This document shows, in pieces, positions 55,301-64,000 of a DNA stretch of 64,000 nt. Where the stretch lies: IMG/VR virus record IMGVR_UViG_3300009180_000022. One strand, written 5' to 3'. The stretch comes from a virus. Numbering within the stretch: the first letter of the stretch is position 1; each line of letters starts with the position of its first letter. The notes under the pieces are model-generated. The model saw only the letters and a list, made by a program, of their open reading frames with translations, was not told where the DNA came from and made no database searches. A program made the position numbers and the translations under genes.

Positions 55301-56363
55301 TGCATCAGGTACTACGTATTACATTCAATTCTCTAATGCTACCAGTGTAAAATTATCTACCACACCAGGCGGGGCTGCACTTGCACTAACAAAGGGGTTA
55401 ACACAAACTGGCCATAGTTTTGCCGGTGTTAGTGGTAACGTTTCAATAGGTTCAGCTAATACCACGATCAACGGCACCACATTTAATGTACAGGCAAACG
55501 TTAATATAACGGGCGCAAACGTTATAATTAATAACTCGTCTGGTAACGTAATAATCACCTCAGCAAACACAAAGTTTGACGGTGGAGATTTATATTCAAC
55601 TTCTAATGTTAACTTTGCCGGTGCCAAAGTTACATCTTCAGCTAATATTGATATAACTGCTACACTCGTCATATTTAACAACGCTTCAGGTAACGTTGCC
55701 ATAACTGCATCTAATACGACGATTACTGGTGGCGCTATCAACCTAGGATCGAACGTTTCATCCAATGCTGCAGCCATCACGACAACAGGTAACGTGACTG
55801 CAAATGCGTTTGCTGCAACTGTTGTTAGAGGTGGCGGTATAGCTACTTACGGTGTTTTAGCAGTTGGTTTTGCAAATTCTACCGTATCCTCTAACGTAAC
55901 TATCAATGGCAACACAACTACCATCAGAAGTACGGATGTATTAATTGATTCAACTAACGTACTAACTGTTAACAATGGTATTACTGCTAACGGTAATATT
56001 ACACTTGCCAATACCGTTTCGTTTGGTACGATATCGATAATTACAGCAAAGACGGCCGCGGCGCAAACCTTTGCAACGGCTGCCGTACAGAATGAGATAG
56101 ACGCCTTTACTATTGCAAACTTCTCAGCTGCTAAATATTCAATTAGCGCAGTACATGACGGTAATTCGAATAACAAGATTATGACTGAAATTTCGGTTGT
56201 ATATGGGCATACAAATGCACACATGACTGAATACGGTACAATCTTCTCGAATACACAATACTCTACGTTCTATGTTGAATCAAACACAACACACGTTAAA
56301 CTACTCGCTAACTCTACATTAACACCTGTGACATATAAAATGGTTAGAACCGCTCTGACCTAA
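52389..56363 (+). CDS. repetitive tail fibre/virion decoration protein
   Basis: TDTFAGWVGKSN N-terminus; Asn/Thr/Ser-rich beta repeats; four ~90-aa modules (VYTVAAGNTAL...TTYYIQ...KLS...GHSF). Confidence 0.7.
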   Translation: MAKPVSNVTIATDTFAGWVGKSNILLDALTNLTVTVETSTLGANVYGNGSVFGTLSANVLSATVMRGGGVGNTANVSTLTIGIANSTVSSNVIITGYTANVTANSLNVTSNSNFSGNTLVYSNTTGNVSVTATNTAIGGGSFDVSSNTNIRSRLMYVYANTTISGANTIIIAGSGQASQTFDANAAVETVNNSIAITTAPTYSINEPVVYTVAAGNTALAGLVSGTTYYIQFSNATSVKLSTTPGGTALTLTKGLTQTGHSFAGISGNVAIGASNTTIRGINLNIQSNVSITSANLNYTNATGNVYVNTAIAYITGGNVSITSNTYINTTNTTVNTANFLLSGGQANVTSNVNITSANLIYNNASGNASITSANTTVAGGNFNISSNVSITGANLSYVNASGNVSINTAAVYVRGGTVRVFSNSISSGANTIIIAGSGQASQTFDANAAVETVNNSIAITTAPTYSINDPLVYTVAAGNTALTGLASGTTYYIQFSNATSVKLASIPGGSALTLTKGLTQTGHSFAGVSGNVVIGSSNTTIRGIDLNIQSNVNITSANLIYNNASGNASITSANTTVAGGNVNISSNVSITSANLNYTNATGNVYVNTAIAYITGGNVSISSNVSITGANLSYVSASGNVSINTAAVYVRGGTVRVFSNSVTSGANTIIIAGSGQALATFNSNTDVDNTTGLITIGATAASYTVNDPLVYTVAAGNTALTGLTSGSTFYIQSTTSTAIKLSSIPGGAAISLTKGVTEAGHSFTGVSGNVVIGSSNTTIRGIDLNIQSNVSITGANLNYTNASGNVYINTAIAYITGGNVSISSNVNITSANLIYNNAIGNASITSANTTVAGGNFNISSNISATGVTLIYNNASGNVSITSANTTVAGGVLNVTSNTNLRPAQVIVYANTVMSGANVDIIAGSGQASQSFNSNTAVETVNNSIAITASSTYSINDPVVYTVAAGNTALTGLASGTTYYIQFSNATSVKLSTTPGGAALALTKGLTQTGHSFAGVSGNVSIGSANTTINGTTFNVQANVNITGANVIINNSSGNVIITSANTKFDGGDLYSTSNVNFAGAKVTSSANIDITATLVIFNNASGNVAITASNTTITGGAINLGSNVSSNAAAITTTGNVTANAFAATVVRGGGIATYGVLAVGFANSTVSSNVTINGNTTTIRSTDVLIDSTNVLTVNNGITANGNITLANTVSFGTISIITAKTAAAQTFATAAVQNEIDAFTIANFSAAKYSISAVHDGNSNNKIMTEISVVYGHTNAHMTEYGTIFSNTQYSTFYVESNTTHVKLLANSTLTPVTYKMVRTALT

Positions 56364-56394
56364 TAATAAAAACAATTAGCGGAAAGGGAAGCTA

Positions 56395-58464
56395 ATGGCG
56401 TCAAATACACAAAATTTTAGAGTTAAGTACGGTGCAGATGTAACCCTAGGGCTTTCTGCTAATACTTTATCAATCACATCTACTGCCAACGTTGGTGGTA
56501 ATATGGGTATTAAAGGTGATCTTCAGGTTGAAGGTAACATCAATTCTTTTGGTGCAGTTAGTTATAGCGCCGGTACTATTAACCTAAACAACGCCCAAAG
56601 CACTCCTACAGCAGTAGCACCTACGCTTGATGCAGCTGTAGTAGCCAAGAGAGGCACAAGCGCTGACGTACAGGTCAAGTGGAATGAAACGATTGATAGG
56701 TGGGAGTTTACCAATGATGGAACGTTGTATATTCCTTTACTCTCATATCCTAATCTAACATTTGCATTTGATACCGGTACTGATACTGCAACAGACCCTG
56801 GCGCTGGTAAGTTTAGGTTTAACACTGGAACAACATCAACCGTAACACAGATTGCATTAAACAATGTTGAATATAAAGGCGGTAATGTTCGAAGCTTTAT
56901 ATCAAGCTGGACTAGTAGTAGTGCTATAAATGGATTTTTAATCTTGCGTAGCTATAGCGACCCAAGTAAAATAATGACGTTTAGCGTTAATGGTAGGGCC
57001 AGCCAAACCGGGTTCATGCAATTAAATGTAATTAATATATCGACAGGTAGCGGATTATTTACTAGTGGTGAATTGGTCAGCATGCATTTTTCAGCATCCG
57101 GTGATAAAGGTCAAAAGGGTGAGATAGGCGATAAAGGTCAAAAAGGAGAAAAGGGTGATAAAGGCGAAAAAGGCGAAAAGGGTGATAAAGGTGAAGTTGG
57201 AGATAAAGGTCAAAAGGGCGAGAGAGTAAATAGCGGGTCATATAATTCATCTACTGATACCGTTACCTATACTAATTCTGACGCATCTACTTTTACTATA
57301 ACCGGATTCAAAGGTCAGAAGGGCGAGATTGGAGATAAAGGCGAAAAAGGTCAGAAGGGTGAGATTGGAGATAAGGGTCAAAAAGGTGAGCGTGTAAATT
57401 CCGGAGCATATAATGCTGGTACTGATACCGTTACCTATACTAATTCTGACGCATCTACTTTTACTATAACCGGATTCAAAGGCCAAAAAGGCGAAACGGG
57501 TGCACGTGTATCGTCTGCAGTCTTTACTGATGCTACCAACACCACTACCTTTACCGAATCTGACGGATCAACATTTACAGTATCTGGCCTAAAGGGTGAT
57601 AAGGGCGAAAAAGGTCAAAAGGGTGAAGTTGGAGATAAAGGTCAAAAAGGTGAAACCGGTGCACGTGTATCATCTGCAGTCGCTAATAACACTACCAACA
57701 CCACTACCTTTACCGAATCTGACGGATCAACCTTTACAGTAGGTGGCCTAAAGGGGGATAAGGGTGAAAAGGGTGAAAAAGGTGAAAAGGGAGAAAAAGG
57801 CGAAAAAGGTCAAAAAGGCGAAGTTGGTGATAAAGGCCAAAAAGGCGAAAAAATTACCGCGGTAACCTATTCAGACGCTTTGAATACTCTTACATTTACA
57901 AACTCTGATACAACTACTCTTTCTATAGCTGGTATTAAAGGTCAAAAAGGCGAAGTTGGTGATAAAGGCCAAAAAGGTGAAATAGGCGCCAAAGGCGACA
58001 AAGGCGAAAAAGGTCAAAAGGGCGATGCTGGAGGTTTTACAACAGGGGATAACGCACAGGTTAACTCATTAGGTGTTGGAGTAGCAGCATCAGGTACTGC
58101 AGGCACAATTCTTGCTACTGGTGATATTACTGCTTTCTACTCTGATAAAAGACTGAAGGACATTGAAGGTAACATACCTAACGCGTTAGAACTTGTAACT
58201 AAACTGAATGGGGTATATTATACTAATAATGACCTTGCAAAATACTACGGATATGATGATACATCGAGAATGATAGGTGTTATTGCTCAGGAAGTTCAAG
58301 CAACAATACCAGAAGCTGTCAAGCCTGCACCTTTTGATATGGGAGTAGATAATACAAGTAAGTCAGGTAATAATTACTTAACTGTACAGTATGAAAAAAT
58401 TGTACCGTTACTTATCGAGGCGATCAAGGAACTTAACATTAAGGTAGATAAACTTCAACGTTAA
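56395..58464 (+). CDS. collagen-like tail fibre with C-terminal peptidase S74-type chaperone domain
   Basis: interrupted GDKGQKGEK triplet blocks; FYSDKRLKDI...IGVIAQEV...YEKIVPLLIEAIKEL. Confidence 0.85.
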   Translation: MASNTQNFRVKYGADVTLGLSANTLSITSTANVGGNMGIKGDLQVEGNINSFGAVSYSAGTINLNNAQSTPTAVAPTLDAAVVAKRGTSADVQVKWNETIDRWEFTNDGTLYIPLLSYPNLTFAFDTGTDTATDPGAGKFRFNTGTTSTVTQIALNNVEYKGGNVRSFISSWTSSSAINGFLILRSYSDPSKIMTFSVNGRASQTGFMQLNVINISTGSGLFTSGELVSMHFSASGDKGQKGEIGDKGQKGEKGDKGEKGEKGDKGEVGDKGQKGERVNSGSYNSSTDTVTYTNSDASTFTITGFKGQKGEIGDKGEKGQKGEIGDKGQKGERVNSGAYNAGTDTVTYTNSDASTFTITGFKGQKGETGARVSSAVFTDATNTTTFTESDGSTFTVSGLKGDKGEKGQKGEVGDKGQKGETGARVSSAVANNTTNTTTFTESDGSTFTVGGLKGDKGEKGEKGEKGEKGEKGQKGEVGDKGQKGEKITAVTYSDALNTLTFTNSDTTTLSIAGIKGQKGEVGDKGQKGEIGAKGDKGEKGQKGDAGGFTTGDNAQVNSLGVGVAASGTAGTILATGDITAFYSDKRLKDIEGNIPNALELVTKLNGVYYTNNDLAKYYGYDDTSRMIGVIAQEVQATIPEAVKPAPFDMGVDNTSKSGNNYLTVQYEKIVPLLIEAIKELNIKVDKLQR

Positions 58465-58479
58465 ACCACAAACTATATT

Positions 58480-60456
58480 ATGAAAATCTTTGTTATTAAT
58501 CTTGCACGAAGAACTGATAGACTTAAACACATTAGCGGACAACTCAACGGGTATGATTTTGTACCCGTTGAGGCTATTGATGGCAATACGTTAAGTTTAT
58601 CAGGTTCCCAACATAAATATTATAAGGATTGGGTCGACCCGTTACTTAATCGACGCCTTACAATTGGTGAGATAGCCACTACCCTTTCCCATATCAAGGT
58701 ATGGAATATGGTTGCTGAGCTAGACGAACCAGCACTTATTTTAGAAGATGATTCAATTCTATCTGGAGACTTTAGACCGGCTGATATTTTAGGGTACATG
58801 GAACGGTGCGATATGTTGTATCTCAACCACCGTGAAATGGTGGAATCTAATGCACGTGAAATCAACGATGAGCTTGTCCGTCCTTACTACCCCTATCTAG
58901 GTAATGCATATGTCATTACACCAAAGTTTGCAAGGGATCTTATAGCACTTGGATTACATCAATGCATTATTCCTGTTGATGAATTTTTTCCTATAATTAA
59001 TGGTGTAGATTTTAATCACTATTGTCTTTCAGAAAGTTCTAATATTAAAAAGTGTTTTGTTGATCTGTCAAAAAAGTTCAGTCGCGAAACATACAAGATT
59101 TATGCATACAAAACGCCCATATTTGAACAACAATCTAGAAGTGTAATGGGTTCTGATATCGAGAATTCTCCTACTATTCCTGATGATTATTACTTTCTGA
59201 CTGTAGGTACAGACGAATCGCAGATGGATGCATTATACGCATCGTGTAAGAGGCATAACGTAAATATTATTAATCTCGGTAAAGGAAAAACTTGGACTGG
59301 TGGAAATATGGAAGCCGGGCCAGGTGGTGGGTATAAGCTTAACCTGGTAAAAACATTCCTTGAATCAAGCAACTTACCTGATAATACTATAATCGGTTTC
59401 TTTGATGGGTATGATGTGTTAATTAACGACACTGAACAGACGATCATTGATAAGTTTAAAAGCTTTGAGGCATCGATAGTGTTTGCTGCAGAGAAGACGT
59501 GTTGGCCTGATTCTAGCATAGCATCACAATACCCACCTTGCGATACAGAGTATAGATACCTAAACAGTGGGTGTTACATAGGATATGCGGGTAGCTTAAA
59601 ACAGATTATATGGTCTGTAGACCCTTATGGTGACGTAGTAGGCGATACGTCTGACGATCAACTTTACTTGCATCTAAAATACCTTGAAAATTACGAGGTA
59701 CCAGGAGTACGAATTAGATTAGATCATAGGAATGAGTTGTTTCAATGTTTGAGTGGAGCCGAGGATAGTCTAGGGTTTACAAGTAGTGATAATATCTTTA
59801 ACACTGAAACCAAAACATGTCCGAGTATACTTCACGGTAATGGCGGAAAATTCCAAAAGGAAGTATTTCGCAAGATTTATGTTGATAAATTTCTTCCTGA
59901 TTTAATGCAATTCAATTCTGCGTCTAAATTTAGCATCGTTGCGCCTGAGATACTTCTAACAGATTTCTTCACCAAAAGAGACTGTGAGTATATTATTCAG
60001 AAGGCAGAACTTATTAATCAGTGGGAGCAGCTCCCCGGGGACAAGTTTCCAGGTCAAGAATTAAGAATTAAAAAGCTTGATCAAGGGCTGTATAACCTCA
60101 TGGAAGAAAAGATTAGAACAGGACTATACCCGGCAATCGAGCAGTACTGGAGACCGCTCCAGATGTATGGTATTAGAGACATGTTTATAATTAAGTACCA
60201 GCATGGGTCTCAAATAAGCCTTCCGTGTCATCATGACGCCTCACTTGTTACAATAACGGTCCGATTAAACGATGAATATGAGGGCGCTGAGTTATATTTT
60301 TATAGGCAAAATTACAGTAATATTGATGTAAAAACTGGAGAGGCTATTATATGGCCAGGACAGGTTACCCATGGTCATGAATCGAGACCTCTTATAAGCG
60401 GGATTAAGTATAGTCTTGTTATATGGACGTCACGCTATAAAGGCGATGTAAACTGA
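58480..60456 (+). CDS. fused GT25 + PLOD-type glycosyltransferase + 2OG-Fe(II) lysyl hydroxylase-like enzyme
   Basis: INLARRTDR...LILEDD (GT25); GGGYKL...FFDGYDV...FAAEKTCWP...YLNSG...DDQ...HGNG (PLOD GT); HHDAS...WPGQVTHGH (LH). Confidence 0.85.
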   Translation: MKIFVINLARRTDRLKHISGQLNGYDFVPVEAIDGNTLSLSGSQHKYYKDWVDPLLNRRLTIGEIATTLSHIKVWNMVAELDEPALILEDDSILSGDFRPADILGYMERCDMLYLNHREMVESNAREINDELVRPYYPYLGNAYVITPKFARDLIALGLHQCIIPVDEFFPIINGVDFNHYCLSESSNIKKCFVDLSKKFSRETYKIYAYKTPIFEQQSRSVMGSDIENSPTIPDDYYFLTVGTDESQMDALYASCKRHNVNIINLGKGKTWTGGNMEAGPGGGYKLNLVKTFLESSNLPDNTIIGFFDGYDVLINDTEQTIIDKFKSFEASIVFAAEKTCWPDSSIASQYPPCDTEYRYLNSGCYIGYAGSLKQIIWSVDPYGDVVGDTSDDQLYLHLKYLENYEVPGVRIRLDHRNELFQCLSGAEDSLGFTSSDNIFNTETKTCPSILHGNGGKFQKEVFRKIYVDKFLPDLMQFNSASKFSIVAPEILLTDFFTKRDCEYIIQKAELINQWEQLPGDKFPGQELRIKKLDQGLYNLMEEKIRTGLYPAIEQYWRPLQMYGIRDMFIIKYQHGSQISLPCHHDASLVTITVRLNDEYEGAELYFYRQNYSNIDVKTGEAIIWPGQVTHGHESRPLISGIKYSLVIWTSRYKGDVN

Positions 60457-60494
60457 TATTTAAGGATTAATAAATACCTTAAAAGGGCACGACA

Positions 60495-60827
60495 ATGGCT
60501 ACTAAAGCAAATTTAAGCATCGATCAAGGGGCGACCTTTAGCACGTCAATTACACTAACAGATTCGTCAGATAACATAGTAGATCTGACTGGATATACTG
60601 GTGCCTCTCAAATGCGTAAAAGCGCCACCTCATCAGCATATACAGCATTTACTGTTGTGCTTGGTAATACAGCAGGGACCATCAATCTCTCTCTTTGAGC
60701 CAATTCAACAGCAAACGTTGCCGCTGGTCGCTATCTTTATGATGTTGAACTTACAGAAACTGCATCAAACACAATCTCTAGAGTTTTTGAAGGTATAGTA
60801 ACGGTAAATCCAAACATCACGAGGTAA
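60495..60827 (+). CDS. small baseplate/fibre-associated protein, interrupted by in-frame TGA at 60696-60698
   Basis: NLSIDQGATF...DLTGYT...QMRKS...GTINLSL*ANSTANVAAGRYLYDVEL...RVFEGIVTVNPNITR*. Confidence 0.75.
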
Positions 60828-60828
60828 T

Positions 60829-61194
60829 ATGTCACTAGTAGCCATACCAACACAGGTATTAAGGGTCAATAGAAAAGACACTTTAATTACATCTGATACA
60901 CCGATCACCTTAAGAACAACTACATCCAACTATCTAGAAACGTTAAAGGATGTAAATGTAACTGGGGCTGCCAACAACAGCCTTTTTGTATACAATACAA
61001 CGTTATCAAAGTGGGAAGACCATTCAATATCCGGAACTGCTAACGAAGTAGAGGTTAGCTTTAGTTCTCAAGACATTACTATTGGTCTACCTAACGATGT
61101 AACTGTAGGTACTCTAACTGCTACGACTGTAACTACAACGGATTTCAACGTCTCATTGTTGAGCTTCAGCAATATCGACTGCGGAGAGTTCTAG
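60829..61194 (+). CDS. small fibre-associated protein
   Basis: LETLKDVNV, GTANEVEV...ITIGLPNDV, IDCGEF. Confidence 0.65.
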   Translation: MSLVAIPTQVLRVNRKDTLITSDTPITLRTTTSNYLETLKDVNVTGAANNSLFVYNTTLSKWEDHSISGTANEVEVSFSSQDITIGLPNDVTVGTLTATTVTTTDFNVSLLSFSNIDCGEF

Positions 61195-61265
61195 TCTCTC
61201 AAACCATTACGACATAAATAGATAGTCTTATATAAGACTTCTACTATCCTACATAGGGTGTTCTA

Positions 61266-64000
61266 ATGGCAAATACAAAAATTCTTCAGGTTAAGCGTAC
61301 CACAGTTTCTGGGCGCCTACCTAACACTTCTAGTACCTCCAACAGCTCGTACATCTATCCAGGTGAATTTGCATTCAACCTAGCCGATAGAAAGCTTTAC
61401 TCCCAATACGCTTCCGTACCGTTTGAAGTAGGCGCAAACTTATCTTCACTAGTTGTAACCGGTAATGCCTCTATTACCGGTACGCTTACTGTTGTAGGTA
61501 ATACGATCTATACCGGTAACGTAGTTTATATTAACACCACGAACCTGACCGTTGGTGATAATATCATCACCCTTAACTCTGATGTAACCGGATCACCAAC
61601 TGAATCGGCCGGCATTGAAATTAATCGCGGCACATCGGCAAATGTAAGCTTTCTTTGGGATGAAGCAAACACTAGATGGACTATAGGTTCACAGAACCTT
61701 TTTGTTGGCGGCAGTATTAATGCTGTATCTATTTCTGTTACAAACTTTACGGCCGCCAACATTGCCGCTGTAAACTTAAGCACATCTAATAACTTTGCAG
61801 TCTCTAATACTAGTTTTGATATAAATACAGGTATTGCCGGGTGGCATTATAGCGGTAAAGCACTATCGGTTAACGCAAAAGAATCTGTACCTAGAGGAGT
61901 CAGTTTTTCTTCCGATGGTACAAAAATGTATGTTGTAGGAACTAGTTCTTCTTCAGTACATCAGTACAATCTATCATCAGCATTTGATGTAACTACCGGT
62001 ACATTTGCAAGCACCCTTTCTGTTTCTACTCAAGAAGCAGCTCCTTCTGGTTTATTTTTTAAATTAGATGGTACTAAGATGTACATTATCGGTACTACGT
62101 CTGATTCAATACATCAGTATAGTTTGGCAACAGCCTGGAATTTAAGTACTGCTACTGCCGATGGTGTGTCATATAATATCGTTCAAGACACTTCACCAAC
62201 TGATATATTCTTTAGCCCTGACGGTACGTCTGTATTCATTCTTGGTAATACAAATAGTAGAGTTAACAAATATACTTTATCCTCAGCTTGGAATATTTCT
62301 ACTGCAACATTTAATAATTTCTTTGCTTTTTCAAGTTCATCTAATGAAAGTAATGCAACAGGTCTGACGTTTAATTCAACAGGTACAATTATGTACTTAG
62401 TAGGACTAAATACAAATTATATTTTTAGCTATGCTCTATCTACCCCATGGGATGTAACTACAGCAACGATTACCGGGTATAAGAGTGTATACAACGTTGA
62501 ATCAGGTGTTCAAGGTGTTTTTTATAGTCAGACTAGCAATAAGTTTTGGATAGTAGGTGCATCAAACGATACGGTATATCAGTATGACACTAATGATAGT
62601 GCAGCACTTAAAGTAACTGCTAACTCCTTACATATAACTGGCATATTAAGTGTCAGTAATAATATTAGTATTGATGGTAACTTCCATACATTAGGAACTA
62701 TTAAAGCTGAAAATGATATACAGACTGACGGTAACCTAACAGTCGTAGGAACTACTTTACTTGGCAATACAACTACTGTCACCGGTGCATTTACTGTAAC
62801 TGGAACCACAACAACAACCTCAATTCAAAGTACTCAAACATCTGGCACAATCACTTTAGGTGGAACTACTGGTACTGGTGCTATTACGGTTGGTCAGTCA
62901 ACTGGAGTTCAAACGTTAGGTCTTGCAACTGGCGCCACAACATCTTCAAATACAAAGACAGTTAACATTGGTACAGCAGGGCTTTCAGGCTCCATTACCA
63001 ACGTTAATATAGGATCGGTGGTTTCTGGTGCAACAGGTACAACGACAATTAATAGCAATAACGTCGTTGTACCTAATAACCTTGCCGTTACTGGTACAGC
63101 TAACGTTGCAACTACTATAAATGTAGGCGCAAATTTAACGATTAATACAACCTCATATGGGATTGGTAACTCAACTATAAATGCAGTACTTACATCTACT
63201 TCATTATTGATAGGTAATACAGTTGCCAACACAACCGCGGTTGCAGTAGGCGCAAACGTTATTGCTAATACTACTGCTTTACTAGTTGGTAATAGTTCAG
63301 TTAATAGTATCATCACATCATCCCTGTTAACAACAACTACTGCCAATTTATCGACAAGTGTTAATGTTGGTGCTAACGTTAACTTAAGTACTACTCAAAT
63401 TAAAGTTGGTAATTCGAGCGTCAATACAGTTATTACAAGCACTACTATTACTGGTAATGCAGCGGCGACTCTAGGTAATACAACTATTAACGGATCCTTA
63501 ACAGTTACTGCCAATACTGTTGCTGCTCAGGTCAATACGACAAGCATCAACGTTGGTGCAAACGTAAACATAAGTGCCACTCAACTCAACGTTGGCAATA
63601 GTACAGTAAATACTGTCATTACTAGTACAACGATGACGGGTAATGGTGCTGGTATCCTTAACGTTAACGCTGCAACTGTTGGATCTAATACAGCTTCAAC
63701 ACTGAGGACATACTCAGAGACGCAAGCTGCCAATGCATACACCACTGCTCAGGCCAACTCAGCTAATGCTACTAACATTTCAAGTGGTACGCTTGCAACC
63801 GCCAGATTACCTGCAACTGTCAACGTTGCAACTACTGTAAACGTTGGTGCAAACGTAAACTTAGGTACATCTTCTATCAACGTTGGTAATGCAACAATCA
63901 ATACCGTAATTACGTCATCAACAATTACTACATCCGGTAATGTTTTTGCATCAGGTGGGCTGGTTGTTAATACTAACTCTTCCACCGATGCCGTAAGAAT
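61266..64000 (+). CDS. long tail fibre-like protein with beta-propeller module (runs off window end)
   Basis: MANTKILQVKRTTVSGRLP...GEFAFNLADRKLY N-terminus; AGIEINRGTSANVSFLWDE; repeated F..DGTKMY..G...IHQY.L...W blades. Confidence 0.75.
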   Translation, partial: MANTKILQVKRTTVSGRLPNTSSTSNSSYIYPGEFAFNLADRKLYSQYASVPFEVGANLSSLVVTGNASITGTLTVVGNTIYTGNVVYINTTNLTVGDNIITLNSDVTGSPTESAGIEINRGTSANVSFLWDEANTRWTIGSQNLFVGGSINAVSISVTNFTAANIAAVNLSTSNNFAVSNTSFDINTGIAGWHYSGKALSVNAKESVPRGVSFSSDGTKMYVVGTSSSSVHQYNLSSAFDVTTGTFASTLSVSTQEAAPSGLFFKLDGTKMYIIGTTSDSIHQYSLATAWNLSTATADGVSYNIVQDTSPTDIFFSPDGTSVFILGNTNSRVNKYTLSSAWNISTATFNNFFAFSSSSNESNATGLTFNSTGTIMYLVGLNTNYIFSYALSTPWDVTTATITGYKSVYNVESGVQGVFYSQTSNKFWIVGASNDTVYQYDTNDSAALKVTANSLHITGILSVSNNISIDGNFHTLGTIKAENDIQTDGNLTVVGTTLLGNTTTVTGAFTVTGTTTTTSIQSTQTSGTITLGGTTGTGAITVGQSTGVQTLGLATGATTSSNTKTVNIGTAGLSGSITNVNIGSVVSGATGTTTINSNNVVVPNNLAVTGTANVATTINVGANLTINTTSYGIGNSTINAVLTSTSLLIGNTVANTTAVAVGANVIANTTALLVGNSSVNSIITSSLLTTTTANLSTSVNVGANVNLSTTQIKVGNSSVNTVITSTTITGNAAATLGNTTINGSLTVTANTVAAQVNTTSINVGANVNISATQLNVGNSTVNTVITSTTMTGNGAGILNVNAATVGSNTASTLRTYSETQAANAYTTAQANSANATNISSGTLATARLPATVNVATTVNVGANVNLGTSSINVGNATINTVITSSTITTSGNVFASGGLVVNTNSSTDAVR

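Noticed and set aside
29612-60698. Alternative genetic code (TAG or TGA reassignment) or selenocysteine
   Set aside because: Only one internal TAG and one internal TGA; both codons end many tightly packed genes; no CUA or UCA anticodon among the tRNAs; very long ORFs are otherwise intact.
39346-63985. Many minus-strand ORFs inside the structural genes, and 15986-16663 inside the vWA gene
   Set aside because: Antisense shadows produced by the codon bias of the real plus-strand genes; no independent motifs or RBS.
52389-64000. Diversity-generating retroelement acting on fibres
   Set aside because: No reverse transcriptase in the window; the repeats are in-frame duplications without adenine-specific mismatches.

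Overview
A 64-kb segment of a large T4-like (Tevenvirinae-type) myophage genome, AT-rich and in the standard genetic code. Gene order: the 3' end of nrdB, a GIY-YIG homing endonuclease and RuvC; a nucleotide-sugar/heptose cluster (cytidylyltransferase, GalE, glycosyltransferase, HddA, GmhA); rnh, phoH and an exonuclease; a ~9-kb RNA-gene island; a permuted (two-piece) tmRNA; gp33/gp59/gp32; the baseplate module (gp26/51/54/2/4/48/53/hub/5/25/6/7/8); and large tail-fibre genes. The window holds 31 tRNA genes covering all 20 amino acids, 30 of them in the island. Most notable candidates: (1) a 30-codon leader ORF just upstream of the tRNA island in which no codon is repeated (19 amino acids sampled), coupled to an antiterminator/terminator, i.e. 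a possible pan-codon tRNA-depletion attenuator; (2) six ncRNAs sharing a closing stem and AGCAA/CGCAA motif, including circularly permuted tRNA mimics (YrlA-like) and anticodon stem-loop mimics, three of them co-transcribed with a Ro60/TROVE-like vWA protein; (3) a Gly-X-Lys collagen fibre next to a fused GT25 + PLOD-type glycosyltransferase + lysyl hydroxylase enzyme; (4) a probable -1 frameshift fusing gp26 and gp51. Three genes carry single-base lesions (TAG, TGA, 1-nt deletion) that are more likely sequence errors or mutations than recoding. All product calls come from motif recognition by eye; no database searches were run.
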